64,000 nt of DNA from Felis catus (lineage: Eukaryota): positions 235,354,001 through 235,418,000 of the forward strand of contig NC_058368.1 in NCBI RefSeq assembly GCF_018350175.1. The letters are read 5' to 3'. Position numbers and translations under genes: made by a program. This document shows positions 11,681 to 25,100 of this stretch, in pieces. The notes beneath the pieces are model-generated. The model did no database searches. It was given only the letters and a program-made list of their open reading frames with translations, and was not told where the DNA came from. Within the stretch, counting starts at the first letter, position 1. Every line of letters starts with the position of its first letter.

Positions 11681-13939
11681 AATGCCGGACAAGGGAGTGT
11701 CCCTTGTAACACAACCACTTACAAACCACTTACAGTATGTCTAGAAGAGAACAGGTTTCAGGCTCTAAACCACAGGCAATTATCAGTGGGAGTCCAACAC
11801 AAGTTTACATAAATCACAGGCTCGACTCTGCTCTGAGGACGTCCAGAGAGCATCTGTCCCGCATCCAGTCCAGTGACACGAGCGCAAAAGGATCACCATG
11901 TGCTTCGGCCTCTCATCAGGGTTCCCAGGGCTAAACGGTTTTGCTCCGCAGGGAGCGGAACCGGTGACAAGGGGGCCTCGCCTCCACCAGAACACAGCAG
12001 CCTGTGCCAGACCTAAAACAACCAGCTCAAGAACGGTCACTGGCAGCAGAGTAAGGACCCACACTGGATCCCGTGGCGTCCCACTCAGGAACCCAGACGC
12101 ACCTGGGGCCAGAGCTCAGTGACAAACCATGATCACCACTGAGGGTGACAAGACACAGGAGAGGAGGCACGAGACTACAAAACACAGAGGATGCAGAAGA
12201 TGTGGTTAATCCGCACCCCGCGGGACGCAGTGACGACCGCAGGGTACCACGAAAGAGAAAGACGGAGTGGGCAGGAGGAGGGGGGCAGGAGGGAAGATTT
12301 CCAGTGCAAGGACAGGACCGCGGGACTTAGGACAGACAGCCAGCTTCCCGCCACGGTCCGCCACAAAGGCCTAGCACCCGCCCCCCGCAGGGATGACACC
12401 TGCCTGCTTGCCCGTGGTGTGCGAGATGCGGGGAGCTGTGCGACACTACACAGCAGGCCACCCTCTCTGTGCAGGGCACCCCTTAGCTTCTCTGGCACGA
12501 GGTTGCCTCACGTGTGGAACCCGCTGCGGCCTCTCCAAAAGGCGACCCCGCTCAGGCTGTCAGATCCTGCTCCCTGTTCTCCACGTTCCCCACCCTGACT
12601 TCGCGGGGTCCCATTTCCCTGTGCCCTCTGTCCCCTTAGGTCCACACTTGTCTTCCGCCAGCAGCTTTCCCTTCACGGACCCCTCACGACAGCACCTCGT
12701 CTCATGATTGCCGCAGAAGTTTCCAAAGTTTCCGTAAGTGATAGAGCGTATCCCTCCGGGCCGCTTCTGTTTTCCTAGAAGTCCCCTGGGTACCTGGGGG
12801 CACGGTGTACCACACAAATCGCCACACACACCACGTGTGACTGCAGCTGGGGATCCCCAATCCCGCGGTCGTTCCAGAACCTCACTCCCACGTTTCCAAC
12901 GTCTCTTCCGGCCGCGTTTCTACTTCCCTTCCCTCCACCAGTGCTCAGCTGCTCAGGTTTTACTCTCTGGTCTTCTAGTTCCCAGACCTGGGACCCGTCT
13001 CCTCTTTGTAGATTCTCACATTTAGACCTTTCTCTTCTTTGTTCCCGTCCCTGGGAAGCTTCAGTTCCCCCAGGCTTTTGTGGTCACTAGCACGTACCAC
13101 AGCTGGTGGCACCCCCTCCAATCCAAGCAGTACATCACCACCTGCTATTTTGAGGGAAGACACGGCTACTACGTGGCGATCGTGCAAAACCTCGCTCTAG
13201 TCCATAAGCTGAGAAAACTAACGCAGAACTGTAAGGTGGTGACCATCGAGATCTTCAATCGCCTGCCACAAACCTATTTTCCCAGCCTCACTTTGCAAAA
13301 TTAAAGACTTGCTCGAGGCTCCACGCGTATCTGATCCTCCTCTTCCCCTAAAAAGACGTTCCAGGAAAAACCCCAAATGCAATGGAGTGTCCTGATTTAG
13401 GGAAGAGGTCTCCAAAGGCAGGCCCTGCTTTTGTGAATCAAGTTTCCCTGGAGCCCAAGCATGCCCACTCCTTGCCTGCTGCCCGCACGGCGTGTGCCCT
13501 GCGATGACCAGGGGAGGAGCTGCCAACAGCCTGGATCTCGATGACCTTGCCCCCCACGGAACCAGTCTGCAGGCCCCTGGATTGAAGAGACTTCACAGGT
13601 CTCCTACTGCTGTTCTGAGACCCAAGTCTGGGAATGCGGCAAGGGCAGGAGAGGGGGAGTCCTCGGCAAGATTCAGCGGGAATCTCTAGGCCAGAGATCG
13701 CCTGGGTCACACAGGCTGGCAGCAGCGGGGAAGAGCAAGGAGTGGGGGAAACGAACGCTCGGTCAAGGGAATGGGTTGATAGACTGGATGCAGGATGGGA
13801 GAGAAAGACAGGAACCAAGGATGACACTTAGTTTCCGGCCTACACGATGAGAAAGCTACAGTTGCTACTTTCAACTACCAGAGGACGGGGAACCACGCTC
13901 CTGAAGGAGGACCAAATCCACAACTGAAAAGTGAAATTC

Positions 13940-14840
13940 ACACCAGTTGTTCTGCACAGAAGCCTCCAACAGCTCACTGTTCTTTCAGAGTAAAAGCCAA
14001 AATCCTTACGGTGGTCCACAAGAGCCCCACAATCAGACCCTCCTCATTCTGCCTTCATCAGACTCCCTGACTGCTAATAAAATCCACCCAAAACTCACAG
14101 GTTGAAATCTGATCCCCAATGTGACAGCGTTTGGAGGTGGGGTCTTGGGAGGTGTTTAGGTCATGAGGGCAGAGCCCTCAGGAATGGGATTAGTGCCCTT
14201 TCCAAAAGACCCCAGAAAGCTCCCTTCCCTTTACACGGGGTGAGGATACGGCGAGAAGACAGACAGACACAAACCAGGAACAGAACCACGCCGTCCCCCC
14301 CCCCGCCCCGCCCTGAGCCCTAAATCTGCCTGTGCTGATCTAAGACCTCCCAGTCAACAGAACTATGAGGAATGAACTCCCATTGTATTTTACGGCGTTT
14401 TGTTGCGCAGCCTAGAAGGAGTATGACATCCACGTTCACTCCACTGCAGCGACACTGGCCTTCTCTTCCCAAGCACATCCAGCATGCTCCTGTGTCGGGC
14501 GTCCACACCTGATCTGCCTGCTGGACGGGACGCTCTCCTCCCAAGATGTCGACGGGGTTCATTCTCTCACTCCCTTTGCTCAAATAGAACCTTCTCAGAG
14601 AGGCCTTCCCAGGGCTTCCTACGTAAATTCCACCAACCAGTGGCCCCTTCCTGGCCCATCTGTTCTTTCTACCTCCTTTGCTTAATTTATCTCCAACGTA
14701 TTTATTATTTTCTCACGTAACTTGCTTAATCTGTTCCCTCCCCCCACCTCCTAAAATGGAAGCTCAAGAAATCAAGAATGTTTGCCTTTTTCTCCTGCTG
14801 CCTAAAACACAGCAGGTTACCTATAAATAGTTTTGGATGA
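13940..14840 (+). mobile_element. L2a remnant interrupted by an MLT1A LTR
   Basis: L2 motifs (cagagtaaaagccaaaatccttac; ccttctcagagaggccttccc) on both sides of the LTR. Confidence 0.6.
14075..14425 (+). mobile_element. MLT1A-like MaLR solo LTR
   Basis: gttgaaatctgatccccaatgtgac...ggtcatgagggcagagccctcaggaatgggattagtgccct. Confidence 0.8.
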
Positions 14841-16137
14841 AACTGGCCCAAAGAATGCGGTTTATGAAAGATCCAAGAGACCTTCACTCAAGTTCCTGGG
14901 GTTTTGAGGGAAAATAAAAGCACATTATAGACACCGATCCAGCGCAGCAGCTGAGCTCAGAAACGCTGTTCCTGCCAGCGCAGGACTCCCTTTCTCTCTC
15001 CCCTGCTCTCAACACTTAACGTTTGGGATCACTTCACAGATAGTGCCTTAAAAAAAAAAAAAAAAACAACACCTTATCTCGATGGCCTATCTGGCCTACA
15101 TTCTTCTCTGGTCTCATCCCAGCAGCCACTCTCCCCTCCACACTGTGCTCATGCCAAGCAGACGCTGCTCTGCTCCCCAAAGACCCACCGCTCCCTCCCA
15201 CCTCCGAACATCCCACCTGTTGGCTCCTCCATGTTGACCCCTCCACGCAGGAAGGTCCTCTCCCGCTCTTCGGCTCAACATTCAGGTCTCCCTACCTCAC
15301 CCCCTCAAAAACCCTCTGCCCCCACAAGACCACCATTCCAACTCCTCCTTTATTTTCCTCCCAATCCTTAAAATCCTGTAAAGTCTTACTTGCACACACG
15401 AGTCTTACTTACAAAGGCAGATCGTGTGTTCTGTTCACTATGTCCCTGGTGCCTAGAACACCAGGCAGAAGGAGTGACAACTTCGTGACATCTAGTAGGT
15501 AGGGCAGGGAGGGCCCCCACTTCACCACTAATGGTGCTGACAGAAGTTAAGAGACCCTCGATATCAGACAGCTAAGAGGATCAGGTCGGACACAAGTGCC
15601 TGGGACCGTTTCTACTACCTCACAAGACTTGGGGCCAGACACTAGCAACTCCTCTCCTGTCACCGTAGAGAACAGTCCCTCCTGCTGTTAGAAACTTCCA
15701 GTACGTGCACGCCTTTGATGAATGACCCTCCCCGCCAACCAGCACGGCCTGCCTCCGGGCAAGAAATATTTCAAGATGAGCCAGAGCAGCCCCAAACCTC
15801 GTCCTCGGAGAGGCAGCGGCCCCGAGCATTTCGCCCATCACCCGTCGGCCCCGGGGAAGCCCTGAGACTGGGGGAGTGAAGCAAGGGGCCCCGCCAGCGC
15901 TCGCTCACGCTGCCCCCCGCTCCCACCACCGCATCCCGGTAAACGAGTGCCGGGTTGCAAGCCTAAATAAAGCAAAGGAGGCGGTTCCCAATACAACTGC
16001 AGTAGAAAGGGGGGCGGGCAGGGGAGGAGGGGGAGCTTCCGCCGTGTAGCGGGCGCAGCGCGCGCGGCGGGACCCCCCAGCCCCACGCCCCGGCCGGCCG
16101 AGCTCCTCCGCGCCCCCGGCCCGGGAAGGCGCCGCAC

Positions 16138-16221
16138 CTGCTGCAGGGAGGCGCAGCCCTGACACCGCGAGAGGTCCGCCGCCGTCCCGGGCGCCGCCGA
16201 ATGGGTCTCGCCCGGCATCAT
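16138..16221 (-). CDS. ICE1: ICE1 coding exon 1 (84 nt; MMPGETHSAAPGTAADLSRCQGCASLQQ)
   Basis: Translation matches the recalled N-terminus of mammalian ICE1/KIAA0947. Kozak context ggcaccATGATG. Donor CAG|GTGCGG at 16137. Lies in a CpG island. Confidence 0.95.
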
Positions 16222-16255
16222 GGTGCCAACGCCGGGCCCGGTGGGCCCGCGCGCC

Positions 16256-16351
16256 TCAGGGACCCGCGGCCCGGGCCCTGTCCTCCCTCTGCTGACGCCG
16301 CCGGGGCCGCCGCCTGCCAGGCCGCTTCCCGCCGGGTCCGGGCGGGTCCAT
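16256..16351 (-). other. Upstream ORF in ICE1 5' leader (31 aa, MDPPGPGGKRPGRRRPRRRQQREDRARAAGP)
   Basis: ATG at 16351, out of frame with the main ATG. TGA at 16256-16258, 34 nt before the main start. Inclusion in the mRNA depends on TSS position, which is not known. Confidence 0.5.
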
Positions 16352-18070
16352 CCGTGCACAGAGGTCCCCGTGGAGCTGGCGAAGGGCTCTCCCAACCGGA
16401 GCCGCCTCGGGCACTAGAGAGAAACGCGACCCGGCGCGGCCCCCGAGCGCGACAGCGCCCAGCCAGGACCCCGCCCCGCCCTAGCTCGCCCCGCCCCTCT
16501 CCGCGGCTTGGGGCTGCCCGCGGCGCCGCCTGAGCAAAATAGGGAGCGGAGCCGAGCCGAGGCGGCGGGAGAGGCGCCCACAAAGGAAAAGTCAGGGAGA
16601 GCAGAGGCATCGGAGGTGCACCCCTTGCGCCGAGTAGGGGGTTAATCTTTTATTGCCGGCTGGCTGTGTGGCAGGTTCCCATAGACACCTACAGCCCTCA
16701 GCGAGGGGGCGGTGACCCCCGTGATGACGTCACTCAGGCGCCTGCAGCAATGGAAGGTCCCGCGCCGGGACAGGCAGGTGTGCGATTTGGAACTGGAGGG
16801 AACCGCTCTGTCCGAGCCCGGCCGGGTACCCGGAGGGGAAGGACGGACTACGCTTCCCGACGCCCCGTGCGGCGGACGACCCCGGGCGAGTCCTCCCGCC
16901 GTGGCGCGGCCTTCGCGACAGCGGCCGCTCCTTCCTGCGGGACCGTCGTTCTTCCCGGCAGCTGGCCGCGCTTGCGGCGGTCGGTCGGTCGGTCTCTCTG
17001 CCAGGCCCCTCCCTGCGGCCCGAAGCCCTGGCTGGGGCGCAGCCGGTGACCCCAGTCACGGACGGTAGCAGGCCGCTCCCAAATCTCAAGTCTATACCCC
17101 TTGAGAGGGAAAAAACAAAACTCCTCCCCCTGGCCGCAATTCCTGGGTAAATTCGGGCCCTGATCCTCGGCTTGGACCGAAGGTCTTCACCTTATCCCCC
17201 GGCAGCAGAATTCTCTTCTTAACGATCCCAGCTCGTTGCCGTATCACTGCCTGGCTCAGAAACTTCCCGCGGCTTCCCAACGTCCAAATTCTTAGCATTC
17301 GATACGAGCATTGTATGTGCTACCTAGACACCCAGACTTCACCGGCTTTTTCCAAAATGTTCTGTACGGACGCTGCGACGGGAAACGGCCCTCCCCAGAG
17401 AGCAGTCTGGTTCCTCTACAAATACCGCACCCCTCCCCCTTCTTACACAATCTGTGGCTGCCACTTGCTGTGGAGCAAGGGACCAGGGCTCCGGACCTGA
17501 CAGCCAGATTTCCTGTCGTTGACACCTAAGGCGGCCCAGTACCTGACGGATCCATTTACCCCTGAGCGGAAAACAAGACCAGGGTTTACGGGGAAAGGAG
17601 ATGAGCAGCAGCGCAGCGGGAAGCAGATGTACCTCGGAAGACCGTCGTGTGACCCATTAGAGAAAGGGGAGAGCAGACCATGTCTGCGTCCTGGTGACTT
17701 TCCATCTCTGGCTTCTGATCCAGACAAACGTGTCTTAACAGTAACTTCCCTTTTATTTAAAGTTTCCCAAATGAGTGTTTTTTTTTCCCCCAGGTTATTT
17801 GAGTGGAGGAGGCACCAGCTTACCCTCCAGCCTTATCTCCCTCTACATTGCCCTCCACACCCACAGCGCACCTGCTGTTGCTGGAACTCAGAACTCTCAC
17901 TGCTGCCTTTCTGCTTTTGTCTTTCGGCCCGTTTCTTCCCCTTGCCTGGAACACCTTCCTCCCAGGTCTACTGGTTGTCATCTACCAGGTAATCCTTCCA
18001 GGTCCCACATTTTATTCCACAACCTGAAGTGACACCTACCTTCTTTTCTTCCCCTTAGCACCAACTGATC

Positions 18071-18296
18071 TTTTTTTTTTTAATTTCTTAAACGTGTATT
18101 TTTTTTTGAGAGAGAAAGAGACAGAGCACGAGCAGAGGAGGGTCAGAGAGAGAGGGAGACACAGAATCTGAAGCAGGCTCCAGGCTCCGAACTGTCCGCA
18201 CAGAGCCTGACGCCCGACGTGGGGCTCGAACTCACCAACCGCCAGATCATGACCTGAGCTGAAGTTGCTCAACCGACTGAGCCACTCAGGCGCCCC
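18071..18296 (-). mobile_element. Felid Can-SINE
   Basis: Reverse-strand SINE with TSD ACTGATCTTTTT, inserted in an L2-like remnant. Confidence 0.92.
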
Positions 18297-18562
18297 CTGA
18301 CTGATCTTTTTGTAACCCCGCATTTAGACTTGGATTACAGTGATTGTCATGTCTTCTGAGACCTCTCAGTTTTCCTTATAAACCTCGTGAAGTGCTGTAC
18401 ACAGTAGGTACTCAATGAATGTCAGAGTGAATCAAATTTGCTGCAACTAATTGAAGGTAAAAAAAAAAATTAAGCATTTAACATTCAAAACTGAACGCGC
18501 ATTTTCTTCTTTTCTCAAACCATTCCTGAAGACGTTCAAAGAAACGTTTTGTTCATATAACG

Positions 18563-19100
18563 TAGGGTAGACAAACTCTACGAAGGGCCACATAATAAAT
18601 GTTTTAGGCTTTTGGGGGCCACGTAGATCTACTGTGTATTTGTCATTATTTTTTGGTTTTTAAAGAATCATTTAAAAATGTAAAACTTGGGGTGTTTGGC
18701 TGGCTTAGTCCATGAAGCATGCGACTCTTGATCTTGGGGTCATGAGTTCAAGCCCCAGGTCGTGTACAGAGATTACTTAAAAATATATATTTTGGGGCAC
18801 CTGGTGGCTCAGCCGGTTAAGCATGTGACTTTGGCTTAGGTCATGATCTCGACATTCGTGAGTTCCAGCCCCGTGTGGGGCTCTGTGCTGACGGCTCAAA
18901 GCCTTAACCTGCTTCGGATTCTGTGTCTCCCTCTCTCGCTGCCCCTCCCCCTCTCACGCTCTGTCTCCCTCTCCCTCTCTCTCTCAAAAATAAACATGAG
19001 AAACAAATGAATTAAGTTTGTTAAAAGAAACGTAAAACTCATTCTTACCTTGCAAGCTGAACAAAACCACATGTTATACGTGGTGATGGAAACTGATGTA
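18563..19100 (+). mobile_element. MER58-like hAT element split by two tandem Can-SINEs (short old SINE 18689-18790; SINEC_Fc-like 18794-19000)
   Basis: aagggccacataataaatgttttaggctt before and cattcttaccttgcaagctg after. GTAAAACT repeated on both sides of the SINE pair. Confidence 0.7.
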
Positions 19101-22100
19101 GGGCCACTAATTGAGGAATGCCAAAAATTACATTTTTCCTCTTTCCCCCATTTCCCACAGCCACACCTGTCTCATTGTTGTCATGGAAAAAAGCCAGCAA
19201 ACGTCTACACTACAGAAAGTCGCGAACAGTGAATTTGGAACCACATACCTGCCTTTAAATTGTCAAGTGAGTGGCCTATTTGAGCCGGTGTTTTCTTATA
19301 AAGGATTACCTGTCATTTAGGGGAAAAGCAACCAGGACAGATCCAAATCCATAGGATCTATGAAGCAGAGAGTACTTAGTAACAAGTTATCGATGGTATC
19401 CATTTCGGAAAACAAATATGTCTTTAGCTTACTTGTAGAAAACTAATTTGTGGTCTCTTGGGTGTGGTTTTGTTTTTTTTTTTTTAATCATTTTTTCTTA
19501 CCAAATTTACAAGAAAAACATTGCATTTTTCCGTTCGAGCGTCCTCAGGCCTGGCGAGATGTCTAGATTCTGGCTTCTGATGTGGGGGCTCCCTTGTACA
19601 TGTGGAGCCCAGTCCGTTGTTTAGAGGAACTGACTCAAAGGCTCAGTTCTTGCCTCACGGCCTCCCAGATACTCAGTAACATCTCCAAACTAAAGCTTTA
19701 GAACGTAACATAATTTGGAGGTTAGTTACACTGATGACTTAATTCATTAATGTCGTCTTCCCCTGAAATGGTTAATAGATTTGGTCTAGAAGCCAAGGAG
19801 ATATGAACTCAAAACGGAAAGATACTTGTTCTTTGCAAGTTCCTATGTTTTGCTTTACGAAGAGCTATTCCTTCATCTGATGCGCTTCTGCATAATAAAA
19901 ATAAACCACATTATGTCTTTTAAAATCCCTGGCTACGTTTCATGGAGTGCTTTCCAGCTCTGACAGTTTATAATTCAGACAGCATCTGAAGAAGTTAATT
20001 TCTGGACCTGTGATGTCATGCTAACAAATGGCCACGAGATGTCAGTCTTTCCTTGTGTTTTTAGACACAAATGGACTTTGGAACCACATTTACGGTTCTA
20101 TTTGTGTGGCATCCGCAGTGGAAGGCACTTTTCAGGGAGCATCTGCCCCCTCACAGTCCATCACGCATGGTCCTAAGCTCCCTTTGCTCTGGTGTCACTG
20201 TCCTGGGTTACGGCAGTGACTTGTCCCCACGGGCCACTATTCGGCCCTGGGCCCTCGCTTAGAGCCCAGCTCCCACCCTCGAAGTGATGCAGAGTTGGGG
20301 GGAAACGCAGCCGCTTCCTGGAAGATGGAGCTCGCTCAGAAAGCCGAAGAATCCATTTTTCAAGACAAGCATCATTGGGAGGAGAATGCAGAACCCATGT
20401 GAGTGTTGATGATGAAGCATGACTTTAAAGGACTTTCACGGTTGTATAATCCTTTCCACGGGAGTTCAGGCTCACTCCCCTCGTGGGGTGTTCTGTGAAC
20501 ACCAGGCAGCAGTAAACCGCTTGTCCCGAGTCGCTTCTGGGGATTTGCAGAGGGAGGTTGGGGTCTCGGGGGCAAGGGAGAGAGGCTTCCCTCAGGGAGG
20601 GCTGGTGGGCGGGGTGCGACCCACCCACCCCAAAGGAGAGGGAGGGAAGGAGGGAGGGGGCTGTGGGATGGCCCACCCCAAGCCAGGCACGTGCCCTGGT
20701 GTCATTCCAAGGGGACCCACTCCTGAGGCTGTGGGAGGTGGGGCGCGCGGGGGAAAAAAGGTGAGGGTTTTCTGCCCACTGGATATCGTGGGCCTGTTGG
20801 TGGAAGCCGCCCGGGACCCAGAGGGCGGCCCGAGGGAGGCAAGCTGCCTGGCAGGTGTTCTCGATGCCACGGCCAAGGCAGAGTGGAAGCAGGCAGCCGG
20901 ACGTCCAACGTGGCTCCTCCACCACCGTCAGAAGCACTGCCGCTGGGAAGGGTCCGCTTGGGCCCCCTCCTGGGTCTTGTACCAGCTGCAGACCAGGGCA
21001 GGGCAGCGGGTCAACAGCGTCAGGTTTTCCGAGGCATTCGAGAACTCCCCGGCCCCCCGGCCCCTGGCCTGCAACTACCTTCTCCCGGTTGACTTTCAGC
21101 AGCAGGGGCCTGGCCCAGAAGACCCTCTGTGCTCCTCACTTGCCCCCCCAGGGGGCAGAGAGGAGCCCCAGGGCACTGAGGGGTAGGGAGCTCCCTCCTC
21201 CCAACCCCACCCCTCCCCTGCTACCCGCCCTGCGGTACTGGGACCCTTGAGCTGGGCCTGCTGGGCTCCCGCTGCTGGGGACCCGCAGACTCTGCCCAGA
21301 GGCTGCTCCGCAGTGGTGGGAGGAGGGAGAAGGGCCTGGGCCTCCCTTTTGGTACTGGCGGATTCCAGGCCCTGTCAGTGTCTCTGCCTCGCTTTGCCCT
21401 GGGCCACATCTGAGTCCTCCAAGAGTCCCTTCCCAGCCCCACAGGGCCCGTCCTCCCACGTCTGAACCTGAGCTCCAGGGGACGTCCTCCAGGCGTCCCT
21501 TCTTGCAGGTTCTGTCCTTTGCCTGAGGTCGCCTGCAGCCTGCGGGGTGGCAGGTGCCTCTGGCAGCACCGAGGTCCCCGTCCTGAAAGGAGGGGACTCC
21601 CCCTCCCAACAGCCTGCTTGTCCACGTCACACTCTGACCCTGAGCTGAGCAGCCTGTGAACCCAAGTCACCGCAGAACCAACCACGAGGGACCATACCTT
21701 CTCCTCTGCCTGGAGAGCCCAGGCCCTGGCTGCAGCAGAGAAAAAGCCCGCCAGGCCTCCCCTAACCCTAACCCCTCTCCCTTCCCCACCCCGCCAGGCC
21801 TCCCCCTCCCCCAGCCTCCCTGGGGTATCCCAGCACAGGCTGGAGCTCAGCCGGTGGGAGAAGTCAAGCCCAAGACAGGAGGTGAGCGGCCAGCAAGCTG
21901 TGCTGGGCTTCGTGTGGACGGAGACGCCTGCGAGGCCACGGGCCCAACACGGGGTCCAGGGTACCAGGGGCCCCAGACAGCCCGCGCCGTGGGGACCGGC
22001 GACAGAGAGCTCGGTCAGTGGAATGGCTTCGCGGTGGCTCTGCCCAGGGTTGTTCTTGCTCACCTGCTGCACTTGTGCGGACCCTGCAGTCACTGCCCTC

Positions 22101-25100
22101 CCTGCTCTGCCCTCCGGGCCGTGCCTCAAAGGGGGCTCCAGGCACCTGGCTGCGAGGCCTGCACAGGACGCCCCTCTGGGCCGCCACTGAGGGGTGGTGC
22201 CGGGCGTCCCGGTGGCGGCTCCTCCCCTGGGAGTCTCCTTGGTGCTGCCGTGCAGGCCTGGTGGCTCGTCCCCTTGTCTTATTTGGCTGTCCTCCCCGCT
22301 CGGCCCCCTCACCTCCCCACATGGCCGATCACCTGCGGGCCTGCTGGTGCCACGTCCCCGCCGTCCAGCTCCCCTCCACGGCCGCCACTACCATCCGGGG
22401 ACCGGCAGCCCCCGGACGGCCCGGGAGCCCCCCCCAGCCAGCTCCCGCCCTTCGCCACCAGCCGAGATCGGTGTCCAGCTGTCCATGAGGACGACACCGC
22501 CGACAGGAGAGAGGCAGACAGGCTCTGGATCGATGCACCGTCTCCCTCTCCACCAGAAACAGGATTTGGACTCCTCCGTCGCCTCCTCCTCCTCCTCCAC
22601 CGTCGCCAAGGCTCCCCGGGCTCCGGTCCGGGCCACGCTTCGTGCCACGTGACCCCACAGTCCTCCGGATCTGGCCGGCCCTCTGCCTCACCCGGTCTCA
22701 GCCCAGACGTTACCTGCTCAGACCTTCCAGGCCCCTGTGCCCGCCCCCCCCCCCCCCCCCACGGCTCCTGCGTTTTCCTTCCCCACGGTAGCCCCGTTCT
22801 CCCAGGAGGAAGGTGAATGTGAGATGTGAAGGGGCCTCGCCGGGTCCACGCCGGGCCTCGTCCGCTGTCCTCCCTGGACCGGGGGCAGAGGGGCAGCCGC
22901 CTCCCCAGCCCCTCTCCGCCTCCCCCAGCTCTTTTCCGTCTTACACGCTTCCTGCAAATGTACCTTAACAGGGGCCTCTTCCCTGCTCACCTCCAGGTGC
23001 CCTGAGACCAGACCCAGAGACCACGCTTCGTCCACCTTCTTTCTTCCCTTCCCCGGCACTCGGTCATCACGCGGCAAACGTCGCCGGATGACTGCGTGCG
23101 CCAGGCACACGGCGCCTCGGGGAGGGGAGGCCGGACGCGGCCCTGCCCTCGGGCCGCTGGCTCCCCGGCTTCCTGCGCAGCCCCTTTGTCTGCCTGGACC
23201 CTCCTCAGCGACTCGCTCCTTCCAGGCGCCCGCACCGCAGGCCCAGCCAGCTTCCGGCACCTTCCAGCGCCAAGACCTGCTACGCGATTTGCGTGGCCCA
23301 GTGCAAGATGAAAACGCCAGGCCCTGTGTTCACACGTACTGAGGCTTCGAAGGCACCGACAGCAAAGTGTGAGAACGAGAGCGGAGGGGGCACCGCACGC
23401 CCAGGGAAGCTCCCTGCCAGCGGCCTCCTGGCCACACCCCTCCCGGCCCCCTCGCCTGCAGGACCAGGCCTCCTCCCGGTCCAGAGTCACAGAGTCACCC
23501 CACCCTCGCCCTCAGACTCTGCGCACTGAAGGGGCGCTTTGCCTCTAATGGCCCAGCCCTCCCTGTTCTAGGCACGTCCATCCGGCCGGTCCACGGGCAC
23601 CGACCCATATCACCCTCACCAAACTCGGATTCCAGGTCTCACATTGCCCTTTCTGTCTGTCCGTCCAGGCCCTTCGTGATTCCGGCCACACAGGAGCTCT
23701 CCTGCCCGCCCACGCTGGGTGTCTGTCCTCTCTCCTGGGGCCGTGGACATAAGACCCGAGGGAGCCCTGGGACGCCTGCCGAGTGACCCCAAGAGGAGCC
23801 TGAGAATGGAATGTTCCTAAGAGGGAACGTTGGGGGAGAGGCGGCTTTGGGAGCAGCTGACCTCACAGGATTTTTAGGCAGATGGAGTGACCACGTGAGA
23901 CCTGGGGGACAATGGACTCGATATCAAGGGGGTCAGACCTAGAGGGTGGGGGACTCTGGAGGACAATGCAGAGATGAGCACAGAAGCCCAGAAGGCGGGG
24001 CCTGGCCAACGCCGGGTCAGGAGAGACTGTCACGATGGGAGGCAGCTACTGTCACGGGGCTCTGGTCCCCACCACAGCACACCTGCCACCAGGCCTCCTC
24101 CGGGACGCCTCCTTGAGGAGGGCTCTCACTCCCAGAGAAAACGGACCTGCGCCAGAGAGCCGAGGCCTGGTGAAGGGGGCTCCGCTCCAAGGAGGTCCCC
24201 CAGGGCGTTTCCACATCAGACGCCTGGTAAAGAATCTTCCAGCCTTACCACCTCGGGGCTGAGAGGGTGGGTCCCTGCATTGGGGTGACAGGAGCAAGGC
24301 AGGCGTCACAGGGATCCCTGCTCACCGATGCCCTCGCTAAGGCTGTCCGCTGCCTTAGTACCTGCCTGCTGGTTTAGAACTGATCCCCTGGTCCTTCTAG
24401 GCAAGTCTGAAGGAGGGGGTCTCTAAGGGGCGCTGTCCAGGGAAGGCCGGGCTCCTTCAAGGACGGACTCCCTCGTGGGAGTCCCAGCTGCTGAGTCGCC
24501 CAGAACCCAGGGCAGCTGTCGCCTGCCAGCTGCACTGCCCACCCTCTCCCCCTGCCGCGGCCCTGGAGGTCCCTCCCCGGGGGTCTGGTGCCACCTCCCT
24601 ACGTCCAGCACAGAGGCTAAGCCCTCTGCTGACCTCTGGCCGTGGGCCTCACAGGGTGCCAGGCGTTCTGTTGTAGGGTTCCTTGGAGACCGCTCTGATT
24701 TTCCATCCCTCTCTGCGTGGGGGCCCCCGTGCCGTCCCCTCATCCGCTTGCACCGTGCGCCCTCCCAGCCCCGTGGGTTCAGGTCCCACGGCCTCCGCCC
24801 ATGCGCCCACATCCTCATGGCCCCGAGCACCTGCTCTGGAACTGGTCTGTTCCTGCACTGCCTGACGTTTCCTGGGCTCCCCTCCCTTAGCACCCCTACC
24901 TTGCTTACCATCATCCACGGGACTGCCTGAGGTCTGGTGAGCCCTATTCAAGGTCTGGCACGACCTAGCCCCCTGGTGTCTTCAGTCCCACGCGGGCAAG
25001 TATTGTCACAGATTTGTGTGCTTGGTGTAGGGGGTTTCCACTGGGCTCTGCTAGGGGGCCTGAGGCTGGGGGCTACTCCGAGCGGGTCTCCTGGGTCTCC

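Larger units (their letters stand above)
15800..17100. promoter_or_regulatory. ICE1: CpG island / ICE1 promoter
   Basis: Dense CpG and GC boxes (ccccgccccgccc near 16469-16481) spanning exon 1. CRE TGACGTCA at 16725-16732. ACTACnnnTCCC motif at 16847-16858. Confidence 0.88.

Noticed and set aside
15838..16395. 185-aa ORF containing the ICE1 N-terminus
   Set aside because: Only 16138-16221 is coding. The rest is 5' leader from a TTG start and read-through past the GT donor into intron 1.
18689..18790. tRNA-Lys-like sequence (also all SINE heads)
   Set aside because: These are tRNA-derived Can-SINE heads followed by SINE bodies or A tails, not intact tRNA genes.
21221..22816. 386-aa and 363-aa ORFs as protein-coding genes
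   Set aside because: Non-ATG starts, low-complexity Pro/Gly/Arg/Ala content, no recognisable domain, and overlap on opposite strands, as expected in GC-rich DNA.
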